A DNA stretch of 64,000 nt from Mustelus asterias (taxonomy: Eukaryota): positions 372,001-436,000 of the forward strand of contig NC_135823.1 of NCBI RefSeq assembly GCF_964213995.1, written 5' to 3'. The translations under genes were made by a program, and so were the position numbers. Positions 25,350 to 38,097 of the stretch are shown in pieces (positions within the stretch are counted from its first letter, which is position 1; each line of letters opens with the position of its first letter). The notes under the pieces were generated by a model. It was not told the DNA's origin. It was given only the letters and a program-made list of their open reading frames with translations, and did not search any database.

Positions 25350-26604
25350 ATTGATTTCATTTAATATTGTCACATGTATTACTATGCATTGAAAAGTATT
25401 GTTTCTTGCCCAGTATACAGACAAAGCATACCGTGTACGGAGGAGGAAAGGAGAGGGTGCAGATTATAGTGTTACAGTGACAGCTAGGGTGTAGAGAAAG
25501 TTCAACTTAAATGAGGCAGGTCAATTCTAATGTCTGATGGCAGCAGGGAAGAAGCTGTTCTTGCGTGGGTTGGTACGTGACCTCAGACTGATGTATCTTT
25601 TTCCCGAAGGAGGAAGGTGGAATAGAGAATGTCCAGGGTGCGGGGGGTCCTTGATTGTGCTGTCTCTTTTTTACATAGAAACAAAGAAGATAGCAGCAGG
25701 AGGAGGTCATTTGGCCCTTCGAGCCTGCTCCACTACTCATTACGATCATGGCTGATCGTCCAGCCGAAGAGCCTAATCCTGCTTTCTCCCCATAACCTTC
25801 GCCCCCAGGTGCGATATCCAGCCGCCTCTTGAATACATTCAATATTTTGGCATCAACTACTTCCTGTGGCAATGAATTCCACAGGTTCACCACTCTTTTG
25901 GTGAAGAAATGTCTCCTCATCTCCGTCCTAAATGGTCGACCCCGAAACCTCAAACTGTGACCCCTGGTTCTGAACTCTCCCACCATCGAGAACATCCTCC
26001 CTGCATCCACCCTGTCTCGTCCTGTTAGAATTTTATAAGTCTCTATGAAATCCCCCCTCATTCGTCTGAACTGCAGCGAAAACAATCTTAACCTAGTCAA
26101 TCTCTCCTCATACATCAGTCCCGCCATTCCCGGAATGAGCCTGGTAAACCTTCGCTGCACTCCCTCGAGAGCACGAGCATCCTTCCAAAGTGAATACGCT
26201 TGGTATGTGTCCTGCTCTGTCCACGACCACAAGAACTGGTCCAATCCCATCACTCAAACCAGCCTCCCATCTCCTGACTCTGTCGGCACTTCCCGCTGTC
26301 TCGGAAAAGCAACCAGCATAATTAAGGACCCGACGCATTCCAGACGTACTCTCTTCCACCTTCTTCCGTCGGGAAAAAGATACAAAACTTTGAGGTCACC
26401 TACCAACCGGCTCAAGAACAGCTTCTTCCCTGCTGCCATCAGACTTTTGAATGGACCTACCTCGCACTAAGTTGACCTTTCTCTACGCCCTAGCTATCAC
26501 TGTAACACTACATTCTCCACTCTCTCCTTTCCTTCTCCATGAACGGTATGCCTTCTCTGTATAGAGCGCAAGAAACAATACTTTCCACTGTACCCCAATA
26601 CATG
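25350..26604. mobile_element. Two oppositely oriented Rex1 3' fragments flanking a CR1 3' fragment (25675-26187, -)
   Basis: LPSGKRY...NSFFPAAIRLLN motifs on both strands; CR1 [10 protein letters not shown]...VVNLWNSLP. Confidence 0.8.
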
Positions 26605-26804
26605 NNNNNNNNNNNNNNNNNNNNNNNNNNNNNNNNNNNNNNNNNNNNNNNNNNNNNNNNNNNNNNNNNNNNNNNNNNNNNNNNNNNNNNNNNNNNNNNN
26701 NNNNNNNNNNNNNNNNNNNNNNNNNNNNNNNNNNNNNNNNNNNNNNNNNNNNNNNNNNNNNNNNNNNNNNNNNNNNNNNNNNNNNNNNNNNNNNNNNNNN
26801 NNNN
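26605..26804. other. 200-N gap inside gene A (other N-runs: 10489-10629, 53327-53516, 57302-57457, 61371-61553)
   Basis: Exactly 200 N, suggesting a nominal-size scaffold gap. Confidence 0.95.
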
Positions 26805-26972
26805 CCAGTGTCCCTGAATCGGTCTGTCCCTCGGTATCCCGTCCCGAAACATTCCAGAGGACGGGAAAGGAATCGGGAGACACGCCTCTGACCAAACACA
26901 GCAACGGGACTCTTTCCATGGCGGGAATCTCATCCAGCGGCGGAGTGAGGAGGAATATGGTGGGAGAACCCG
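26805..26972 (-). CDS. C1-set Ig exon of gene A (5' part; remainder in N-gap)
   Basis: A 99-nt intron follows VJ, with a tAG acceptor at 26974-26973. In-frame (A)GSPTIFLLTPPLDEIPAMERVPLLCLVRGVSPDSFPVLWNVSGRDTEGQTDSGTL shows the C1 A/B/C-strand pattern (PxIFLLxP, LLCLV, VxW). Confidence 0.88.
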
Positions 26973-27071
26973 CTAAATCCGGCAAAACAAAAGGGGAACC
27001 CATTGACAATTGGAACAGGACACATTAATTGCTCTGAGGTCCCACATCAATGTAATAATAATGGAATTTAC

Positions 27072-27410
27072 CTGTAATCACTAACTTGGAGCCATTTCCG
27101 AATATTTGGGCCATGTTCTGGTAATTGCGCATTGCACAGTAATATATCCCAGAATCATTTATCCGGGAATCCGCAATCGTTAGTGAATAAATACGCCGTT
27201 TTTCAGAAATCTCGCTGGAAAATCTCCCCTCAGCTGGGCTGTACTGGTTCGCTCTGTAAATGAAATCCATGTGGTTTCTCTCCCTCTGTCTGTACCAGAA
27301 GACAGAGCCAGCAGCTTGACCCTGGATGCGGCAGCTGAGATTAACAGGACTCCCCGCAAGGATCGTCAGAACCGGCGGAGACTGGGACAAGGTGACCTGA
27401 GACATTGTAA
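27072..27410 (-). CDS. Germline-joined VJ (V-set Ig) exon of gene A
   Basis: (TC)n tract plus cAG acceptor at 27412-27411, then a 339-nt phase 1-1 open exon and donor GTAAAT. Protein has LSC, WYRQ, GRFS, YSLTI, DSGIYYC, an 11-aa CDR3-like loop and the J motif FGNGSKLVIT. No RSS between V and J. Confidence 0.93.
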
Positions 27411-28354
27411 CTGGGAAAGAGAGAGAGAGAGAGAACAACAGTCACCAGAGGTTATGGAGCATTCCCTGAAGACAGCGGACTGAAAGCCAATTGGGAGTAA
27501 ACCTCAAACCAGTCTTCCATCCATTGACACTTCCCGCTGCCTCGGCAAAGCAGCCAGCATAATTAAGGACCCCACGCACCCCGGGCATTCTCCCTTCCAC
27601 CTTCTTCCGTCGGGAAAAAGATAATAAGTCTAAGGTCACGTACCAACCGACACAAAACAACTTCTTCCCTGCTGCTGTCAGACTTTTGAATTTTCCTACC
27701 TCACACAAAATTGATATTTCTGTACACCCTAATTATGATGGTAACACGACATTCTGCACTCCCTCCTTTCCTTCTCTGTGTACGGTATGCTTTGTCTGTA
27801 TAGTGCGCAACAAACAATACATTTCACTCGATAGTAATACACGTGACAATATTAAATCAAATCAACTGAAATCACAAAAATGCCCGATTCAGAAAAAGAA
27901 ATCGCACCATTAAAATCGCTCTGATGATGGTGTTAGTTGCCCCATTTTCCTCCTCCCTTTCGAAAGGTATAATACCAGTCCATTCACCAGTAAATCTGGT
28001 TTAAACACTGGGGAGGGGGCACATGGAAACCAAGTGATGTTAAGCACATAGAGAGGTTCAGTGAAATTACGTTTCTCAACTATTGCTTACATCCCGTGTC
28101 TCTCCTTAAATGAAAGCAAATGACTGGGGATGCCTGGGACTGAACAAAAAACAGAAGATGCTGGAAAACCTCAGTGGGGGTACGGGAATTGTGATCAGTG
28201 CCGACTCGATCGGCCAAGTGGCCTCCTTGTGCGCTGAACAAACTGACTCTATGATTCTCGGTCTGAGAGCATCAGTGGAGGGAGAATAGACCCGACGTTT
28301 CCAGTCTGGATGATTCTCGGCCAGAGCTCCATTGCCTCTCCGCCGATGCGCTCA

Positions 28355-28670
28355 GAATCCTAGAATGATAGAATCCCGACAGTGCTGAAAAAGGCCGTTT
28401 GGTCCATCGAGTCTGCACCGATCACAATCCCTCCCAGGCCCTATTCCCGCAAACCCATATATTTACACTGCTAATCTCCTGATACGAAGGGGCAATTTAG
28501 CATGTCCATTCAAACTAACCCGCACATCTTTGGACCGTGGAAGGAAACTGGAGCACCCGGAGGAAACCCACGCAGACACGGGGAGAACGTGTAAACTCTG
28601 CAGACAGTGGCCCAAGCCGGGAACCCAAGCCTGGCGCTGTGATGCATCAGTGCGAAGCACTGTGCCGCTG
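28355..28670 (-). mobile_element. HE1-type SINE in gene A intron 1
   Basis: SINE core and tail. Confidence 0.85.
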
Positions 28671-29510
28671 AGATGTTCCAGTACTTTCTATTTTTGCTTC
28701 GTTTCTGCTTCTCCTCCGTTGACTGTGGACGCTAAAGTTTGTTCAACAGTTTATAACTGACTCTGACGTTCCACTTGAAGTTCGAGCTTTCTCTCCAAAG
28801 TGGTCAACATTGTTAATGGAGCCCATTGACATATCATATCTCGTGAGAAATGGCAATTCGGATCAATTAAACTCTAATCATTGTTATTAATCGACGTTCC
28901 ATTTTGTCAGTAACATTTGTTTCATTGTTAAGTTAAACTTGCACGCTGAATCACACCTTATAGCACGGCAGAAGACGGGGAGAAGGTAGGTGGGGGGGAA
29001 GGTGGAGGGTGGGGGAGGGTGGGGGGCGTGGGGGCGTGGGTGGCGTGGGGGGACGTGGGGGGGTGGAGGGGGGGTGCGGGGGAGGAGGGGTGGGGGGAAG
29101 GGGTGTGGGGGAGGGGGTTGGGAGGTGGGGGGAGGTGGGGGGTGGAAGGTGGGGGGACCGTTCGGCCGTTCGAGTCGGTGTTGAATCTTTGAAAGATTTC
29201 GCTAACATTACTGAATTTTCCCTCTTAAATACGTATCCAATTCCCCCATTTTGAAAGTTCCAATTGCCGCTTTTGAAAGTTCCTGTTGGATCTGCTTCCT
29301 CCGCCCTTTCAGGCAGAGCCTTCCAGATCGCAACAACTCAGATGGGTAAAAAAATATAACTCCCCTCATCTCCCTCTCTGTTACTATTACCAAATTCTTT
29401 AATCCATGCTCCTTTGGCTCCAGACACTCGTGCCAACGGAAACAGTTTCTGCCTCTTCGCTCTACCTAAATCCTTCTCCACTCTATCTGAAAATAATGAG
29501 GATATCTCAC

Positions 29511-29553
29511 CCTGAAAGAGATGGAACAGTGCACAGATACCGAGGAAACTCAT
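29511..29553 (-). CDS. Leader (signal peptide) exon of VJ-C1 IgSF receptor gene A
   Basis: ATG at 29553 gives MSFLGICALFHLFQ+G (43 nt, phase 1), followed by donor GTGAGA. The phase matches the VJ exon acceptor, giving ...FQ-VTMSQVTLSQ. Confidence 0.8.
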
Positions 29554-29714
29554 TGTCCTTGCGCCAGACCGTGAGACTCTGAGCCCCGGATCCGAATCTG
29601 ACAGAGATCTCGCTCTTGTTCTCTCTGTGTGGGGGAGGTGTGAAATATGCGCATTGTGTATATGAATGAAAACACGACTGGGGTTTGAAAATAGAACCGA
29701 GATAGGGAGCTCTC

Positions 29715-29727
29715 TGCGGTTTTCCTG
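29715..29727. promoter_or_regulatory. Adjacent RUNX (TGCGGT) and ETS/NFAT (CAGGAAA) motifs about 165 bp upstream of gene A ATG
   Basis: Plus-strand TGCGGTTTTCCTG. Motif match only. Confidence 0.3.
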
Positions 29728-30889
29728 TTTACTGTAGGTCCAAGTGCTGGCGTGCATTCGACATGTTCTACAAAATACCTCAAACATCTACTCACATCTG
29801 TTACACCAGACTTGGAGTGCAGAGCACGGTTCTTCCTAATCTGGTAAGGATTCTCAGGTAGTGGAAAAGGTGCAGTTAACATTTCACAACGAATGATGCC
29901 AGAAATGAGAGTGTGTAACTGTTAGTGAGTCTTGAAGTGTTTGGAGGTCTTTTTCTCGAAACAAAATTGAAAATTGAGGGCTGATCCACCGAAACATTTA
30001 GAAATATGAAATGCTTCAACAAGGCAGAAGTAGGATTTCAAAATATTGCAGGATGAGTTCGTCGCCAAGCAGGAATTCAGGACAAAATTGTATTTTGGAA
30101 GAACAAAGAAAATTACAGCACAGGAACAGGCCCTTCGGCCCTCCAAGCCTGCATCGACCATGCTGCCCGACTTAACTAAAACCCCTTCCGGGGACCATAT
30201 CCCTCTATTCCCATTCTATTCATGTATTTGTCAATATGCCCTCAGAAGTCCCTACCGTATCCGCTTCCACTACCTCCCGCGGCAACGAGTTCCAGGCACC
30301 CACTACTCTCTGTGTAAAAAATCTGTAAGAATGGGCAGAATATAGAATTCGGTCGCATGGGGAATGCTTTTGATTTGATTTGATTTGATTTATTATTGGC
30401 ACATATATTGGGATACAGTGAAAAGTATTATTTCTTGCGCGCTATCCAGACAAAGCATTCCGTTCATCGAGAAGGAAAGGAGGGAGTGCAGAATGTAGTG
30501 TCACAGTCAGAGCCAGGGTGTAGAGAAAGATCAACTTCGTGCAAGGTGGGCCCATTTTTCATTGTATAGTAATACTTGTGACAATAATAAATCAAACCAA
30601 ATCAAATGAAAATGTGCCGATTCAAAAAAAAATCGCACCATTAAAATCTTTCTGATAATGGCGTTAGTTGTCCCATTTTCCTCCCCACTTCCGCTTGAGA
30701 CGAATGACAAAGATGTATTTTAATTGGACAGCTGGATAGACACGAAGGAGAGAAAGGAGAAGAAGGATATGTTGATGGGGTGATAGAAAGAAGGAATGAG
30801 GTACCTCTGGAACATTAACAACAGCTGATAGGCCGAATGGTACCAATCTGTACTGTGCTTTTGATGTAATCGTGTTAGAAAAACATGAA

Positions 30890-31135
30890 AGCAAAGCCAT
30901 CCTTTGATACCCTGATATGTGAGCAGTTAATGCTGCCTCTTTGCTTTGTATGGGTTGCAACAGGGCATGGTCCACATTTTTTCAGTGAGATTACAGTCGC
31001 CTTGTTTAATGTCGAGCCTGGCCCGAACATAGGATGTCCCCAGGTTCTTGGTAGCCGGTGATCTGTCTTTGCAAGTGCACTTACTTTTGAAATGTAGGAG
31101 ATTCAGTCAGGATCACGCAAAACAGAATGCCGAAA
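30890..31135 (+). pseudogene. Possible decayed C1-set exon
   Basis: Frameshifted motifs in order: AASLLCM, FFSEITVA, ASALT, QSGS..EC. Confidence 0.25.
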
Positions 31136-31169
31136 ATTGACAAATGATAAAGCCTTGATAAGTTGACTT

Positions 31170-31660
31170 ATAGAACCATAAAACTCCTATAGCGTAAAAG
31201 GAGGGCCATTCAGCCCATTGAGCCTTCACCGCCAGCAATCCCACCCAGGCGATATCGCGGTGACCCCACATATTTAGCCTGCTAATTCCCCTGACACTAA
31301 GAGGCAATTTAGCATGGCCAATCCACCTAACCTGCACATCTTTATCCATTAAGGTGCAATTTAGCATGGCCAATCCAGCATCCTGCACATTTTTGGATAC
31401 TTAGAGACAATTTAGCGTGGCCAATCCACGTAACCCGAATATCCTTGGACACTAAGGGACAATTTACCATGATCAATGTACCTCACCTGCACACATTTGG
31501 ACACTAAGGGACAACTTAGCATGGCCAATCAGTAAACTGGCACATATTTGGACACTAAGGGGCAATTTTGCATGACCAATCCAGAATACCTGCACATCTT
31601 TCGACACTAAGGGGCAATTAAGCTAGTCAATCCACCTAACCAGCACATCGTTGGACATTG
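31170..31660 (-). repeat. SINE-derived tandem array (about 40-bp unit)
   Basis: About 9 diverged copies of GGACACTAAGGGGCAATTTAGCATGGCCAATCCACCTAACCTGCACATCTTT-like units. Confidence 0.85.
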
Positions 31661-32280
31661 GCATTCAAACATACAGCGTTCTAATTTACAGATACTGTCC
31701 CAGACACCTCGATGGCCATTTTTGTTGATTGCTGTTGCTTCTTTTGACAAATCCTCTGAAATCAATGCCATGTAACTCTCGATATTTTGCACTTTTCTAC
31801 AAATATGTATTCGTCTTTTTTGCAGAAATTATGAATGGCAACAGAACACAGAAACAGACAAGGCTCTGAACACAAAACAAAAAAAAGTAACGTGATTTGT
31901 TGTATTTAAGCTAATCCACGTCCTTTACCTTAATATAGGCTGCTGGCCATAAGAGAATGGGAGAGTAATCATCTTTATTTATCATTACGCTTCCAGAAAG
32001 CCAGCAAACCCTTTGCTTTGTGAAAAACTTCCTTTATACTGACAAACAATCCTATTTAAATAGCAGTTGCCTGGTTACTTGTTCTCTACCATCCAAGACC
32101 ACCTCTACACATGCTCAGTGATGGCACTTGCTGTCGACTGTATGATGGTCAGTTGACATTCATGATTAACCAGGGTCAGAATCCCGCCTTTCATCTCCAG
32201 GGAGAAGAACAGGTGCAAAGTGGATTGACTCAATTCTGTTTCTCATATCAGCTCGTTCACAACCTGTGTGGATCCCTTTG

Positions 32281-32735
32281 GATGTTGCCTGGTATGGAGG
32301 GTCTTAGCTATGAGGAGAGATTGGGTAGACTGGGGTTGTTCTCCTTGGAAAGACGGAGAATGTGGGGAGATCTAATAGAGGTATACAAGATTATGAAGGG
32401 TATAGATAGGGTGAACAGTGAGAAGCTTTTTCCCAGGTCGGAGGTGACGATCACGAGGGGTCACGGGCTCAAGCTGAGAGGGGCGAAGTATAACTCAGAC
32501 ATCAGAGGGACGTTTTTTACGCAGAGGGTGGTGGGGGCCTGGAATGCGCTGCCAAGTAGGGTGGTGAAGGCAGGCACGCTGACATCGTTTAAGACTTACC
32601 TGGATAGTCACATGAGCAGCCTGGGAATGGAGGGATACAAACGATTGGTCTAGTTGGACCAAGGTGCGGCACAGGCTTGGAGGGCCGAAGGGCCTGTTTC
32701 CTGTGCTGTACTGTTCTTTGTTCTTTGTTCTTTGA
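32281..32735 (+). mobile_element. CR1 LINE 3' fragment
   Basis: MLPGMEGLSYEERL...FFTQRVVGAWNALP with a TGTTCTT tail. Confidence 0.9.
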
Positions 32736-34737
32736 TTGCTCTGGGCGTCCCCAGCTCCTTACTAATACCGTGCATTAAGTTAGATATATGCAAATCTAGA
32801 TTCTTGGGTCGGAATAGTTCGGAATGGGAGGTGATTGAGACTGAGGGGATAAGCGGGTGGCTTGATTGAGATGTATAAAATTATGTGGGGCACAGATAGA
32901 GGAGATGGAAAGAAACGTTTTAAGTGTATTTATTCGTGCCACTAGTAGGCTCACATTACACTCTAATAAAGTAACTGTGATAATCCTCTTATTGCCACAC
33001 TCTGGCGCCTGTTCTGGTAGACTGAGGGAAACCTTAGCATGGGCAATGCACCTAACCAGCATGTCATTTGAAGTTTGGGAGAAAGCTGGAGCACCCGGAG
33101 GAAACCCACGCAGACACGGAGAGAATGTGCAGACTTCAAACAGAGAGTGGCCCAAGCTGGGAATTGAACCCGTGTCCCTGCCGCGGTGAGGCAGTAATGC
33201 TAATCACTATGCCACCGTACCACCCAGTTTTCCTTGGTGGGAGGATCAATGAACAGGGGGCATGGATTTAAGGTGAGGGACAGAATGTTTGGAACCATAG
33301 AATCCTTACAGAGCAGAATGAGGCCATTCAGTCCATAGTGCCTGCCCCAACTCGCTGAAAGAGCATCTGGACCGAAATCTATTTTCAGATCTTTTGTCCA
33401 TGTTTGAATCAAGGCTGGAATGAAGTAGTCCTTGACTCAGACTGGGAGAACCCAAATTGAGCGCCAGTGGGAAGGTTATTACTTGACATGCATCGATTGG
33501 ATTGGATTGGATTTGATTTCATTTACTATTGTCACATGTATGAGTACACTTTGAGAAGCATATTTTCTTGTGCGCTATACAGGCAAAACATACCGTGCAA
33601 ATGGAAGGAAAGGAGAGAGTGCAGAACGTAGTGTCACAGTCATAGCTAGGGTGTAGAGAAATATCAACTTAATACGAGGGAAGTCCATTCAAAAGTCTGA
33701 AGGTAGCAGTGAAGGAACAGTGTTTGAGTCAGTTGGTACGTGACCTCAGACTTTTGTAGCATTTTCCATACATGGAAGAGAGTATGTCCGGGGTGCGGGG
33801 GTCCTTGAATTACGCTGGCAGCTTTTTTGAGGTATCGGGAATTGTAGAACATGTCAATGGATGCAAGGCTGTTTGGAATGATGGACTGGACTTCATTCAC
33901 GCTTTGTAGTTTTTTGCAGTCTTGGGCCGAGCAGGAGCCATGCCAAGTTGTGATGCAACCAGAAGGAATGGTTTCTGTGGTGCCTCTGTAGAAGTTGGTG
34001 AGAGTTGTAGCTGACATGCCACATTTCCGAGCAATGTCAATAATCACTGATGATGGAGAGTAAATGCATGGGGTGATAATGAACTCAGTTGAATTTGTCC
34101 TGGTAATAATGTACAGGATATACCTGAGAAATTTTACACATTACCGAATAGCTGCCTGTGTTATCGCTGGACCTTAACATGGAGAACTGCTCAATTATCA
34201 GCGGAATGGGTCTGGGGACACAGTGCAATTAGCTGGTGTTTTCCTTTTCCATGTTTGACCAAATGTGAATTGATGGGATCAGGAGTGGATAGGGAGTATT
34301 CTCAGGACTACTCACTCCCGGCTGGCTACCCCATGGCCGCCATCTTAGCTAGATATGTCCTGCGAGAGCAGAACGTACGTTGGAATGGCGATGATGGAGA
34401 TTACTGACATTGGGAGATGTGAATGCTTGGTGTGAAAAGGAGATGATTTGCTGCAACGCGGCAGGTTAAATGAGTAATCGCCAATTTACCAGATGAGCTT
34501 GGAAGAATAGACAATCTGACTATGTTTGCGTGAACTTGTAAAGGAACTCTGCTAATTCGCATCTGGATGCAGGAAACAAGTGAGAATTCAAAAATAATAG
34601 TCAATATGTATTGCTACAATTGGACAGGATGTTATGCGATCACTCCTGAAATGATGTGTCCAGTTTTGAACTCCAAATTTAAGGAAGGATAAATTTGCTC
34701 AAGAGGCGGTACAGTTAATGTCCTTTAGAAAATTAGG

Positions 34738-35670
34738 ACATAAGAACTAGGATCAGGAGTAGACCATGTGGCCCCTCAAGCCTGCTCCACCATGTAATAA
34801 GATCATAGCTGATCTTTTCATGGACTCAGCTCCACTTACCCATCCGCTCACCATAATCCTTAATTCCTTTACTGCATCTATTTTTGCCTTAAAAACATTC
34901 AAAGAGATAGCCTCAACTGCTTCACTGGGCCGGGAATTCCATGGATTCATAACCCTTTGGGTGAAGAAGCTCTTCCTAAACTCAATCCCCAATCTGCTCC
35001 CCCTTATTTTGCGGCTATGCCCCCTTGTTCTAGTTTCACCCGCCAGTGGAAACAAACTCCTTGCTTCTATCTTATCTATTCCCTTCATAATCTTATATGT
35101 TTCTATGAGATCCCCCTCATCCCTCTGAATTCCAATGAGTATAGGCACAGTCTACACAGTCTCTCCCCATAAGCCAAGCCTCTGAATTCCACAATCAACC
35201 TCGTGAATCGCCGCTGCACTCCTCCAGTGCCAGTATATCCTTTCTCACGTAAGGAAACCAAAACTGTACACAGTACTCCAAGTGTGGCCTCTCCAGCACC
35301 TTAAACAGCTGCAACATAACCTCTCTGAATTAAACTCCATCCCTCGAGCAATAAAGCTCAAAATTCCATTTGCCTTCTTAATTATCAGCTGCACCTGCGA
35401 ACCAACTTTTTGTGATTCATGCATAAGGGCACCCAGATCCCTCTGCACAGCAGCACGCTACATTTTTTACCATTTAAGAAAAAAGTAAATTTTGCTGTTA
35501 TTCCTACCAAAATGGATGATCTCACTTTTCCCAACATTGTACTCAATCCGCCACGCCCTTGTCCACTCACTTAGACTACCTATAACCCTTCGCAGGCGTT
35601 AATTGTCCTCTGCACACTTTGCTCGACCACTCATCATACTGTCACCTGCGTACTTGGTCCCCAACTCCTA
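34738..35670 (-). mobile_element. CR1 LINE 3' fragment
   Basis: Degenerate ORF2 C-terminal ORFs from 34753 to 35570. Confidence 0.88.
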
Positions 35671-35984
35671 ATAATCTATCATTAACCCCTTGAACGATAG
35701 GGTTTTCCTGTGATGAGAGACTGGGAAAATTATGTTTATATTCTTTGTAGAACAGAAAAATGAGACATCAACGCATTGAAACACAATATCTTGAAGGATG
35801 GTGACATGCCAGATACGAAAGAGGTTGATTACATTAGCTGGAAAATATGTCACACAGCGACATGGCCTCAGGATCAAGAAATTACCATTTCAGAATGAGA
35901 GGAGGAGAATTTTCTCCGACCAGAGGATAATGAATGTTTTGGAATCTCTGCCCAAGTGACCTGTCGATGCTCAGTCACTCCTAA

Positions 35985-38097
35985 GACCATAAGACATTGG
36001 AGCAGTATTAGGCCACTCGTCCATAGCGTCTGCTCCACCATTCAATCTTGGCTGATACTTTTCTCATCCCCATTCTCCTGCATTTTGCCCATAACCCCTG
36101 ATACCCTTATTAAGCAAGAACATATCTATCTCTATCTTAAAGACACTCAGTGGTCTGGCCTCCACAGCCTTCTGTGACGAAGAGTTCCACAGATTCACCA
36201 CTCTCTGACTGAAGAAATTCCTCCTCATATCTGTTTTAAAGGTTCGTTCCTTTAGCCTGAGGATGTGCCCTCTGGTTCTAGTTTTTCCTACCAGTGGAAA
36301 TATCCTCTCCACGTCCACTCTATCCAGGCCTCGCAGTATCCTGTAAGTTTCAATAACATCCCCCCCCCCTCGCCCCCCCCCCCCGCCATCCTTCTAAACT
36401 TCAACGAGTACAGACCCAGAGTCCTCAACCGTTCCTCATATGACAAGCCCTTCATTCCAGGAATCATTCTTGTGACCATCCTCTGGACTCTTTCCAAGGC
36501 CAGCACATCCTTCCCTGGATATGGGGCACAAAACTGCTCACAATACTCCAAATGCGGTCTGACCAGAGTCTTATACAGCCTCAGCAGTACATCCCTGCCC
36601 TTGTATTCCAGCCCTCTCGACATGAATGCTAACATTGCATTTTCCTTCCTAACTGCCGATTGAAACTGCACCTTAAGAAAATCTTGAACAATGAGTCCCA
36701 AGTCCCTTTGTGTTTCTGATTTCCGAAGCATTTTTCCATTTAGAAAATAGCCTCTGCCTCCATTTCTCCTTCCAAAGTGCATAACCTCACACTTTTCCAC
36801 ATTGTATTCCATCTGCCACTTCTTTGCCCACTTTCCTAACCTGCCCAGTTCTTTTTCCAACCCTCCTGCTTCCTCAAGACTACCTGTCCCTCTCCATACC
36901 TTTGTATCATTTGGAAACTTAGCAACAGTGCCTTCAGATCCTTCCTCCAAATCGTTAATGTATATTGTGAAAATTTGTGGTCCCAGCACTGACCCCCGAG
37001 GCACGCCACTAGTCACCGGCTGCCATCCTGAAAGAGACGCCGTTATCTCCACTCTCTGTCTTCCGCCAGTCAGCCAATCCTCTGTCCATGCCAGGATCTT
37101 ACTCTTAACACCATGCGCACTTAACTTATTTAACAGTCTCCTATGTAGCACCTTGTCAAAGGCCTTCTGGAAATCCACTGGTTCTCCTTTATCTAACTTC
37201 CTTGTTACCTCCTCAAAGAACTCTAACAGATTCGTCAGATATGAGCACCCATTGACAAAACCTTGCTGACTCATTCCTACTTCATCATGAACTTCAAAGT
37301 ACTCTGCAATCTCATCTTTAATAATTGTCTCTATAATCTTGCCAATGACCGACGTCAGGCTAAGTGGCCTATAAATCCCCATCTGCTGCCTCCGTACCTT
37401 CTTAAACAGCGGTGTTACTGTCCTACTTTCCAATCCTCTGGTACTCTCCCTGCCTCCAGTGATTCCTGAAGTTCACAACCATTGAGTCCACAATTTCCTC
37501 AGTTATCTCTTTTAGAACCCTGGGGTGTAGTCCATCTGGTCCAGGTGACTTATCCACCTTCAGACCTTTCAGTTTCCCCAGAACCTTCTCCTTAGTGATG
37601 GCCACTCCACTCATCTGTGCCCCTTGGCTCTCCTGGAGCTCTGGCATCCCACTGGTGTCTTCCACCGCGAAGACTGATGCAAAGTAACTGTTCAGTTCCT
37701 CTGCCTTCGCTTTGTTTCCTGTTATTACTTCTCCAGCCTCACTTTCCAGTGGTCCAATGGCTATTTCTGCCTCTCTCTTACCTTTTATATATTGAAACAA
37801 AACTCTTCCTATCTTCTTTTATACTACTAGCTAGCTTACACTCATATTTCATGTTCTCATCGCTAATTGTTTTTTTTTTCAGTTGTGCTCTGCTCGCTTT
37901 TAAAGGCATCACAATCCTCTGGCTTCCCACTGATCCTTGCCACTTTGGAAGCTTTTTATTTTGCTTTTATACTGTCCTTGACTTCCCTCGTCAGCCATGG
38001 ATGCCTCGTCCTCTCCTTAACATGTTGCCTCCTTCTTGGGATGAATTTCATTTGTGCCTCCCGAATAACTCTCAAAAACTCCTGCCATTGCTGTTCC
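35985..38097 (-). mobile_element. CR1 LINE fragment
   Basis: RT ORFs 36064-36318, 36288-37433 and 37423-37800. Confidence 0.93.

Noticed and set aside
27072-27410. Rearranging TCR/Ig V segment
   Set aside because: The J motif and splice donor are in the same exon, and no heptamer/nonamer follows YYCA. A processed or rearranged cDNA copy is unlikely because introns are present.
31290-31660. CRISPR-like arrays (also 10.4-11.2 kb and 39.8 kb)
   Set aside because: Eukaryotic context, no unique spacers and no cas genes; the units derive from SINE or microsatellite sequence.
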